A stretch of 55,402 nucleotides of DNA from a virus (Duplodnaviria > Caudoviricetes). The position numbers and the translations under genes were made by a program. Of the stretch, positions 30,535-37,859 are shown piece after piece. Every line of letters starts with the position of its first letter. Position 1 is the first letter of the stretch. A model generated the notes under the pieces. That model had not been told where the DNA came from. It did not search any database and saw only the letters and a list, made by a program, of their open reading frames with translations. The stretch lies in the IMG/VR virus record IMGVR_UViG_3300029448_000052, positions 1-55,402 of that record. One strand, 5' to 3'.

Positions 30535-30809
30535 TGACACGCTACGCTGATGTGCGGAGTGCGGTGACGTACTTTCTCACACTTGATAAGCACCAGCATC
30601 ATCTTGAAAGAGGTGATCAGGCAAATTATGGGGATGACCGCGTAAGCGGTCACCTCTCCTATACCCTAGCTACTATCTGTTTCCGCAGTCCTGAAGCTAG
30701 GTCTATATTAGAAAGTATGATAGCTACCAAAGCCAGAGAGGTAGCAATAGCCGAAGAAAGGACTAAGAAAAATGGCCGATCCAGAAAACTACAAATCGAT
30801 ATCGCTTGA
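30534..30809 (+). CDS. hypothetical protein
   Basis: Coupled start (TAATG). Confidence 0.5.
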   Translation: MTRYADVRSAVTYFLTLDKHQHHLERGDQANYGDDRVSGHLSYTLATICFRSPEARSILESMIATKAREVAIAEERTKKNGRSRKLQIDIA

Positions 30810-31248
30810 CCTTGATACCTATAGCCTGTTGAAAACTGTGGCAGAAGCTGAGTGCCGCAGTATCGGTATGCAAGTACGTTGGATGATTAAACAGGGGATG
30901 GTAAATCCACCGAGTCCTAATGTAACTGCGATGCCTACTGCCTCTGCGACTGTTAAAGCAGTAATCAAACCGCGTGGTAAAATCTTTACTAATAGTGGGA
31001 CTGCACAAATTTTGATGCGGTTTTACGAGACTAATGCTACTCTATCCGTCGCCGATTTCCAGGATATTGGTGTAGAAGATGTGTACAAAACCTTAGTCAA
31101 TATTGAACAAAAAGGCGAGCTACGCAGAATAAGTCATGGTAAACCTGGACTCTGGCATATTACTCCAAGTGGAGTAGCTAAAGCTCGTGAAATTATCAGG
31201 CGTCGTAATGAAGAAGATACTTGTAAGCAAGTATTCAAAACAGGGTGA
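30772..31248 (+). CDS. putative DNA-binding regulator (ribbon-helix-helix-like N-terminus, winged-helix-like C-terminus)
   Basis: YKSISLDLDTYSLLKTVAEAECRSIGMQVRWMI; LRRI..GKPGLWHITPSG. Confidence 0.55.
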   Translation: MADPENYKSISLDLDTYSLLKTVAEAECRSIGMQVRWMIKQGMVNPPSPNVTAMPTASATVKAVIKPRGKIFTNSGTAQILMRFYETNATLSVADFQDIGVEDVYKTLVNIEQKGELRRISHGKPGLWHITPSGVAKAREIIRRRNEEDTCKQVFKTG

Positions 31249-31340
31249 GGTTCCGTACCTCCGTTAAATTTAGTATGGTATTTCTTGATAAATGTGGTAC
31301 TGTATCATACTCATGATAAGTTCCTCCCTTATGAGAACCT

Positions 31341-31372
31341 ACCCCCAATCAGCAATGGTTGGGGGTCTTTTT
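31341..31372 (+). terminator. rho-independent terminator
   Basis: ACCCCCAATCA-GCAA-TGGTTGGGGGT followed by CTTTTT. Confidence 0.75.
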
Positions 31373-31740
31373 ACCTATAAATATGGTTTATGACCCAAAA
31401 AAGAGGCCGCTCAGACGCCGCTCGACTGTCTCTAATGTAGTGGGTAGTAGGGTAGGTACCCCTAAAATAATGACTAATTACCAAGGTTTCTGATTAGTTT
31501 GCTATATAGGAGGTAAATGCGGATAGGAGTAAATTTGTTTTTTATGATTTGATAATATACAATATCTCACTATACACATATATTCAATGAGTTAGCATAT
31601 GAATTACGAAGATTGATCCAATATCTCAGTAAAGTATTTCCGTCCGCGCGATCTCATTTGTGATAAATTTGAATTTAACATAATTCGTTTTTAGACCTAT
31701 TATGCAAAGTACCCCATCAGGTACGAGAGAGAGGAATCAA

Positions 31741-32277
31741 ATGGCTTTAGCAAAAGCAACTCATAAGCCCACGCTTGATGTCGTCGCAAATCCACGCAAA
31801 GAAAAATCCATCACCCCTAAACAAGAAGAATTTGCACGACTTTATGTTTGTGAGGATATTTCACAAACGGAGGCGGCTGTCCGTGCTGGATATTCTGTGA
31901 AATCAGCCCATGCTATTGCCTCCCAATTATTAAATGGACAAAGGTATCCCCATGTAGTAGAGAGGATCCGTGAGTTAAAGCAAGAGTTAGCTCGTAAGTA
32001 TGAGGTCAGTTTTGAGGGTCATGTCAAAAAACTTGCTGAGATCCGTGATGCTGCGATGACAGGAGGAAATTTTGCTGCTGCCGTTGCCGCTGAAAAATCA
32101 CGAGGCCAAGCCGCAGGGATCTATATTGATCGTAAAGAAATCTTGCATGGTAAAATTGATCAGATGAGTCGTGATGAAGTTATGCGAGAAATAAAAAGGA
32201 TACAAGAGGAGTTCCCCGCATTAGCAGTTGTTACTGAGGGTAATATAATGATTGATCATGATGAGGGTGACAATTAA
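31741..32277 (+). CDS. terS: terminase small subunit
   Basis: ITPKQEEFARLYV...QTEAAVRAGYS..SAH.IASQLL. Confidence 0.85.
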   Translation: MALAKATHKPTLDVVANPRKEKSITPKQEEFARLYVCEDISQTEAAVRAGYSVKSAHAIASQLLNGQRYPHVVERIRELKQELARKYEVSFEGHVKKLAEIRDAAMTGGNFAAAVAAEKSRGQAAGIYIDRKEILHGKIDQMSRDEVMREIKRIQEEFPALAVVTEGNIMIDHDEGDN

Positions 32278-32347
32278 AGACTTATCATTGTAAGTCACCT
32301 ATGGCACTATATAATTGTAGCAACAGTCATAGAAAGGACACGTTACG

Positions 32348-32620
32348 ATGAACTACTTTAAACAAACTAACGACGCCGTATTAGACGGCTGGGTTGACTA
32401 TCACGCAATACAGCCAACACACCTTGAGGTCAATGATGACAAGGTGCTATGTTGCCTTGACGATTTGAGGCAAATAACTATTGTTGGTTTTGAGCACCAA
32501 ACGCACGTCATTATTACCAATACCAATAATGATGACGATAAGGTTACTTGCGAGTACTCAACAATAGTTGCTGAGGACACACACCTGTTTGACCTTAAAA
32601 GGTTTTTGCGTGACTACTAA
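32348..32620 (+). CDS. hypothetical early protein
   Basis: Promoter motif and AGAAAG hairpin RBS. Confidence 0.55.
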   Translation: MNYFKQTNDAVLDGWVDYHAIQPTHLEVNDDKVLCCLDDLRQITIVGFEHQTHVIITNTNNDDDKVTCEYSTIVAEDTHLFDLKRFLRDY

Positions 32621-32813
32621 GCCAAAAAAGTTAGGACGTCCTAAGGGGTCAGCCCAGTATACGGACGTCCCAACTATGGTGCATATTGGTGGACGCGAGA
32701 CGCTCCAAAATTTGCACGCTATCCGTGAGGTGTTAGAGGAACAGACAGGTATGGAGGTCACCTACCCTAATGTCGTTAACTACCTTATCAACTTTTACCT
32801 CAAAGAACGGTGA
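32610..32813 (+). CDS. small putative DNA-binding protein
   Basis: KKLGRPKG motif followed by a helical region; probable GTG start. Confidence 0.45.
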   Translation: MTTKPKKLGRPKGSAQYTDVPTMVHIGGRETLQNLHAIREVLEEQTGMEVTYPNVVNYLINFYLKER

Positions 32814-32897
32814 TACAACGGGACAGTAAAAGAGTTATCATTTACTGTCCCTTAGTTTACTTTATAATTATAGCAACACTCACAGAAAGGAGCCGCT

Positions 32898-33113
32898 ATG
32901 ATTAAACCAAAAGCTGAAACCTATGAGTTCAATGATGGTAGATCTCAAACCATATTGGACTTTTCCCGCGTCAATGAAGCATGGCTCGTGTGGCGTCAGG
33001 ATCCCGGAAGTCAGGGTAATGTAAAAATCCACCCTAGTTATGATGAGGCCAAGCGCGATTACGATAACCGCGTTGATGCCATACAAATGATGGAGGCACA
33101 CAATGCTGCATGA
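32898..33113 (+). CDS. hypothetical early protein
   Basis: Promoter motif and hairpin RBS. Confidence 0.55.
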   Translation: MIKPKAETYEFNDGRSQTILDFSRVNEAWLVWRQDPGSQGNVKIHPSYDEAKRDYDNRVDAIQMMEAHNAA

Positions 33114-33291
33114 GTGGACAAAAAAGCTAGGTCAGCAACACTGGTCTATCCCTGGATCTCACACTGGTACTCTTTGTGGGATGCCGATGCTCGGTAACAA
33201 TTATGCAAAGCATATAGATGAGGAAGACAAAACACCTTGTCCGCAGTGTGCTCATCAAGCGCAGTTGTATCGGTTAGATGAGTCAGCTTGA
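33103..33291 (+). CDS. hypothetical protein with His/Cys ligands
   Basis: QH...TLCG...CPQC. Confidence 0.5.
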   Translation: MLHEWTKKLGQQHWSIPGSHTGTLCGMPMLGNNYAKHIDEEDKTPCPQCAHQAQLYRLDESA

Positions 33292-33478
33292 TTACATAGT
33301 ACAGGATACCCAGACGGGCAAAAAGTTCGTCTGGGATTTACGTCGTGTACTGAGAAAAGTTAATGCTGATAGATCAACGTGGCAGCATGAGCAAAAGTAT
33401 AACAAGACCGACTGGACAGAAGGATGGAACCAGTGGGTTGATGGTTATAGGATAGTCGGTTTTATCCGTAACAAATGA
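33278..33478 (+). CDS. hypothetical protein
   Basis: Overlapping ORF in the operon; Trp-rich. Confidence 0.5.
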   Translation: MSQLDYIVQDTQTGKKFVWDLRRVLRKVNADRSTWQHEQKYNKTDWTEGWNQWVDGYRIVGFIRNK

Positions 33479-33560
33479 TAACAAAAGAAGTGTCTTCTAT
33501 TATCTGTAGTGCTACTTTATAATTGTAAAGGCAACAATGCTCGTAGAAAGGAGCTGACTA

Positions 33561-33770
33561 ATGCAACCAGGATTTTTCAATATTGAGGTTTATCATGCCG
33601 CCAGTGATGACTGGCTGTATGAGGGTGGTTTCAAAGATGAGCAAATGGCTCATGAATATGCTGAGGCCGTTCTCTACGACCACCATGTCCGCATTACGCG
33701 TGATGGTGTTAGTGTCTGCTCGGCAAGGCCGTTAACTCGGCTAGAAAAACAACAACTCGGTTTGCGATAG
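33561..33770 (+). CDS. hypothetical early protein
   Basis: Promoter and GCTC-GTAGAAAG-GAGC RBS. Confidence 0.55.
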   Translation: MQPGFFNIEVYHAASDDWLYEGGFKDEQMAHEYAEAVLYDHHVRITRDGVSVCSARPLTRLEKQQLGLR

Positions 33771-33784
33771 AAAGGAGCAGACTA

Positions 33785-34090
33785 ATGATACAGTATGTAG
33801 ATATGAATGATGATGGTAATATGGTGGTTACTAATGAAGACCCCAGTCGCCTCATGTTGTTAACGACTTTGTGGTATACGGAGACCACTATGGTTGATGG
33901 CACTCCGTTTACACCTAACCCTGATGTATACATGGTATCCTGGACAGATGAGTTAAGGCAACGTGCCGAGTTAGCAGGTCGTATCAATGCTCATAATGAG
34001 TGGGCAAGGGAGCAGGAGGGTAGACCAGTTGTCAAGTTTGCCAAGCAACAAGTCGTGCTTATCACGCCTACCACAACGGAGCTGGTGTGA
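33785..34090 (+). CDS. hypothetical protein
   Basis: TAGAAAGGAG RBS. Confidence 0.55.
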   Translation: MIQYVDMNDDGNMVVTNEDPSRLMLLTTLWYTETTMVDGTPFTPNPDVYMVSWTDELRQRAELAGRINAHNEWAREQEGRPVVKFAKQQVVLITPTTTELV

Positions 34091-34171
34091 TGGATGGCAC
34101 GTTAATCTTTTTAATAGTCTGCGATGCAGTGCTTTTGATAGCAATCGGTTTCAAAGTAAAGGAGGAAATGA

Positions 34172-34612
34172 GTGAGTAAACCAGAGTCCACGTTGTGGAA
34201 AAATCTGCGTGAGGGAACCAAAGATCTAGGCGTGTTTTGGACACGTCTAGAGTCTTGGTCTAGTCCTGGAGTACCTGACCTGCATGGCATCTTAGATGGT
34301 CATGCTTTTTGGCTTGAACTTAAAGTCCATAGGTTAAACTCGTTAAATAAAATTGCGCTGCGTCCTCACCAAATTGCTTGGCAGATAAGATATAGCAGAT
34401 ATTCTGGAAACGTCTGGAACTTGGTTGGTCATCCTTCCTCCCGAACTATAAATATATTTCGTGGTGCGAGAGCCATGGAGCTGACAGAAAAGAGGACAAA
34501 AGATGATCCCTTGATACCTGACTGGAGTTCGGGGATTCCTTACGATTGGACGGGTGCCATCAATCATATTCTATCATCATCTCGTCCCATCATAAAGGAG
34601 GAAGAGCTCTAG
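34172..34612 (+). CDS. PD-(D/E)XK nuclease, Holliday-junction resolvase / VRR-NUC-like
   Basis: PESTLW...RLES...GVPDL...WLELK...LRPHQIAW. Confidence 0.8.
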   Translation: MSKPESTLWKNLREGTKDLGVFWTRLESWSSPGVPDLHGILDGHAFWLELKVHRLNSLNKIALRPHQIAWQIRYSRYSGNVWNLVGHPSSRTINIFRGARAMELTEKRTKDDPLIPDWSSGIPYDWTGAINHILSSSRPIIKEEEL

Positions 34613-34843
34613 TTTCGTCATCAATTATCCTCGGTCTAAAGTCAAATCATCAATCTTCCTCAATCATTTTCCATTGACGATTTACGAGGATTCGCGAGGT
34701 ACGATCTCTTGACGATGATTGATGATGACAATAATATTTAATGATATTTAATGATAATTAAAGACTTGTCAATAAAACTCGGCCATGCTATTCTAACATC
34801 ATAAGCAATGGTGCTTATGGAGATGTCGTAGAAAGGACATGTC

Positions 34844-35260
34844 ATGACTGTAAAAACTGCTAAAAAATCAACTGCTAAAACTGTCGTTAAATCTGCTGAG
34901 TTAGTGGTCACTGATAAAGAAATCACCTATCCAGAAATCTGGGCATTTATCCAGGAGCATGCTGGTGGCAATGAGGCTAACGTCAAAATTGTGCCTCTTG
35001 ACAATGTTGACTTGGCAAGCGCAACGCCTGTCCCGTTTGGCTATGGTGGCAAGACAGGAGGCGTTCGTCAGGTTATACAAGATTGGATGCTTAAAGGTGT
35101 TGATGGTGATTTGTCGCTAAAAGCCTCTCTTAATAAAGCGGCACCATTAGGACACTCGCGTAAAAAGCCTGTCTGCTTACATGCTTTGATGCATGGGGGA
35201 TACAGCCCGTCCAGCAAATACTGGATGACACCATTCGTCAAACTTGTAGTCCAAGGCTAA
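34844..35260 (+). CDS. hypothetical protein, paralog A
   Basis: Has its own promoter, hairpin RBS and terminator; colinear with 35666..36112. Confidence 0.8.
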   Translation: MTVKTAKKSTAKTVVKSAELVVTDKEITYPEIWAFIQEHAGGNEANVKIVPLDNVDLASATPVPFGYGGKTGGVRQVIQDWMLKGVDGDLSLKASLNKAAPLGHSRKKPVCLHALMHGGYSPSSKYWMTPFVKLVVQG

Positions 35261-35266
35261 CATAGA

Positions 35267-35293
35267 GGGGGACGTCGGTTGGCGTCCCCTTTT
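35267..35293 (+). terminator. rho-independent terminator
   Basis: GGGGACGTC-GGTT-GGCGTCCCC followed by TTTT. Confidence 0.7.
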
Positions 35294-35554
35294 ACCGAGG
35301 AACCATGCTTGAGGAAGAGGGATGATGATTCCCTTTGCCCGAGGAAGACTTCCTATATAGGCATTAGTCTATATATATCATGTCATCATCAATCTTTCTC
35401 TAATAAGTTTTGATGAGTTTTGAGGATTTAACATTTTAAAATGAGCATGGTCACGAAAACTCAACTGCTACACTTTGTAAAAAACAAATAGCAAAGGGTT
35501 AAAAATGTGGTTGTTAATTTTTGCACTAATAGTGCTGGGTTTTTATGGCCTACT

Positions 35555-35611
35555 AAAAAAGTAAAAATAAATAAAAATAAGTATTGTGCGCGACGCTAAA
35601 GTGTGCATAAT
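35555..35611 (+). promoter_or_regulatory. sigma70-like promoter with A-tract UP element
   Basis: A-tracts at 35555-35580, TTGTGC, extended -10 TGTG-CATAAT. Confidence 0.5.
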
Positions 35612-35665
35612 AAAAATTGTAGCCGCTACTGGCTACCGCATTTAACCGTAGAAAGGGTTTATAAA

Positions 35666-36112
35666 ATGCAAAACACTACTAAAGGCAAGGCAGCCAAAAA
35701 TGCCACTACTACTACAGCCGTTGTACCTGTAGCCCCTACATTGCAGCATACTGGCAATGAGCTAACCTATGCTTGCCTATGGGCGTTTATTAACGGCCAA
35801 GCTGGCGGCAATTTGCACAATGTGCAGGTAGTGCCACTTAGCAATGTTAAGTTAAACGACGCACAGCCAGTACCCTTTGGTTTTAATGGTAAAGCTGGCG
35901 GTGTGCGGCACCAAATACAAACTTGGTTGTTAAACGGTGTTAAAGGTAATAACAGCCTAGCCGCAATACTGGCGGCAGCTAAACCGCTAGGCCATAGCAG
36001 CAAAAAGCCTATTTGTTTACTTGCCATGTTAAATGGCGGCTACAGCCCTAGCAGTGCAGTATGGGGTACTGGCTACGTTAAACTGGTAGTGCAGCCCCAG
36101 CCTACCAAATAA
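35666..36112 (+). CDS. hypothetical protein, paralog B (nearly TC/GA-free, Asp/Glu-depleted)
   Basis: ATG at 35666 after AACC-GTAGAAAG-GGTT; shares WAFI..AGGN, PVPFG, GGVR, PLGHS.KKP.CL.A..GGYSPSS and VKLVVQ with paralog A. Confidence 0.8.
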   Translation: MQNTTKGKAAKNATTTTAVVPVAPTLQHTGNELTYACLWAFINGQAGGNLHNVQVVPLSNVKLNDAQPVPFGFNGKAGGVRHQIQTWLLNGVKGNNSLAAILAAAKPLGHSSKKPICLLAMLNGGYSPSSAVWGTGYVKLVVQPQPTK

Positions 36113-36148
36113 CCCAGCGTTGGGGGTACTAGGGTACCCCCAGCCACT

Positions 36149-36178
36149 AACACCGCCCAGCTTGGGCGGTGTTTTTTT
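36149..36178 (+). terminator. rho-independent terminator
   Basis: AACACCGCCCA-GCT-TGGGCGGTGTT followed by a T run; a second hairpin lies at 36121-36142. Confidence 0.8.
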
Positions 36179-36395
36179 GTACCCCCGCGAGACCGTCCCC
36201 TTGGCTATAGCTCGGTCTGTAGCCATGTTTTGGACAAATCGTGTGGTCATAAAAAAGTTTTTGGATATTGACTTTTACTCGATCAAAAGCCGAGACCGCT
36301 ACCCCCCTTTACTGTAGAATCGTCATAGGTTCATTGCCCTAGAAAAATTTTCGATATATTTATAATATATTCGCATTATTGAGGAACCATGGATA

Positions 36396-37859
36396 ATGGA
36401 CATTCAGTTTGTACCAGAAGAGCAATTAAAGAAGTACGCCCATTTATTAGACCGCGCTAAAGAGATTACCCAAGCAGAGGCCAGCCAGCAGGATTTTATG
36501 GAGTATACGCAAACTGTTTGGCCTGAATTTATAAATGGACGCCACCATAAAATAATGGCAGAGAAGTTTAACCGTATAGCTAATGGAGATTTAAAGCGGT
36601 TAATTGTAAATATGCCACCGCGTCATACTAAAAGTGAGTTTGGCAGTTATTTATTACCTAGTTGGTTGATGGGTAAAAACCCCCGATTAAAGATAATGCA
36701 GACAACGCATACGGCAGAGTTAGCATTTAGATTTGGCCGAAAGGTGCGTAATTTAATGAACTCTACAGAGTATACTAGGGTTTTTCCTGGAGTAGAGTTA
36801 CGTGCGGATAGCCAAGCGGCAGGGCGTTGGGAGACAAGTAAGGGTGGAGAATATTTTGCGGCGGGAGTTGGTGGTGCGGTTACAGGGCGTGGTGCTGATT
36901 TATTGATTATTGATGACCCACATAGTGAGCAAGATGCTTTAAGCCCTACAGCATTAGAGCATGCTTATGAGTGGTATACATCTGGTCCGCGCCAGCGTTT
37001 ACAACCAGGAGGTGCGATTGTCATTATTATGACGCGTTGGGCAGATAATGATTTAACAGGCAAATTGATAAAGCAACAGGGTAGAGATATACTGGCAGAT
37101 AAATGGGAAGTGGTTGAGTTCCCAGCGTTAATGCCAGATAGTGAAGAACCCCTTTGGCCTGAGTTTTGGAAAAAGGAAGATTTGTTAAGTGTTAAGGGTA
37201 GTTTGTCAGTTGGTAAGTGGGAGGCGCAATGGCAGCAAAACCCTACTGGCGATATGGCAGCTATACTTAAACGTGAGTGGTGGAATGTGTGGAAAAAAGA
37301 TGATATACCACCATTAGAGTATGTAATGCAGAGTTATGATACAGCATACAGTAAAAAAGAGAGTGCGGATTTTAGTGCTATAACAACGTGGGGTGTTTTT
37401 TATCCAGAGGATGGAGGACCAGCAAACATTATTCTGTGTGATGCAAAACGTGGTAGGTGGGACTTTCCTGATTTAAGGAGGCGAGCACTTGAGGAGTATA
37501 AATACTGGGAGCCAGAATGTGTACTAATTGAGGCAAAAGCCAGTGGTATGCCGCTTACTCAGGAGTTACGCAATATGGGTATACCTGTGATGAATTATAC
37601 ACCTAGCAGGGGTAATGATAAATTTACAAGAGTAAACTCTATTGCGCCATTGTTTGAAAGTGGTTTAGTATGGTCGCCAGATACTCGTTGGGCAGAAGAA
37701 GTTGTAGAAGAGTGTGCAGCGTTTCCCGCAGGGGAGCATGATGATTATGTTGATACAGTTACCCAAGCTCTACGTAGATTTAGAGAAGGCGGTTTTATTC
37801 AGCACCCCGAAGATTATGAGGATGATGAAGCTGTCCCTGTACAAAGGATATATTACTAA
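36396..37859 (+). CDS. terL: terminase large subunit
   Basis: NMPPRHTKS, TGRGADLLIIDDP, SYDTA, IEAKASG, HDDYVD. Confidence 0.95.
   Translation: MDIQFVPEEQLKKYAHLLDRAKEITQAEASQQDFMEYTQTVWPEFINGRHHKIMAEKFNRIANGDLKRLIVNMPPRHTKSEFGSYLLPSWLMGKNPRLKIMQTTHTAELAFRFGRKVRNLMNSTEYTRVFPGVELRADSQAAGRWETSKGGEYFAAGVGGAVTGRGADLLIIDDPHSEQDALSPTALEHAYEWYTSGPRQRLQPGGAIVIIMTRWADNDLTGKLIKQQGRDILADKWEVVEFPALMPDSEEPLWPEFWKKEDLLSVKGSLSVGKWEAQWQQNPTGDMAAILKREWWNVWKKDDIPPLEYVMQSYDTAYSKKESADFSAITTWGVFYPEDGGPANIILCDAKRGRWDFPDLRRRALEEYKYWEPECVLIEAKASGMPLTQELRNMGIPVMNYTPSRGNDKFTRVNSIAPLFESGLVWSPDTRWAEEVVEECAAFPAGEHDDYVDTVTQALRRFREGGFIQHPEDYEDDEAVPVQRIYY

Larger units (their letters stand above)
34717..35394. repeat. 14-bp perfect inverted repeat flanking paralog A
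   Basis: GATTGATGATGACA (34717-34730) and TGTCATCATCAATC (35381-35394). Confidence 0.6.

Noticed and set aside
31243-31345. Possible tRNA
   Set aside because: No TTC T-loop in a cloverleaf context and no anticodon arm or CCA; kept as an sRNA candidate instead
35603-35665. ORF-track N-terminal extension of paralog B
   Set aside because: It overlaps the -10 box and leader; the hairpin RBS and the alignment with paralog A support the ATG at 35666
35463-36188. Explaining the island as GATC (or another single restriction site) avoidance, or as UV-dimer avoidance
   Set aside because: All TC contexts are missing, not one palindrome; GATC occurs widely elsewhere in the window; TT runs are abundant in the island
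36120-36317. 65-aa ORF downstream of paralog B
   Set aside because: It spans two hairpins including a terminator; no RBS
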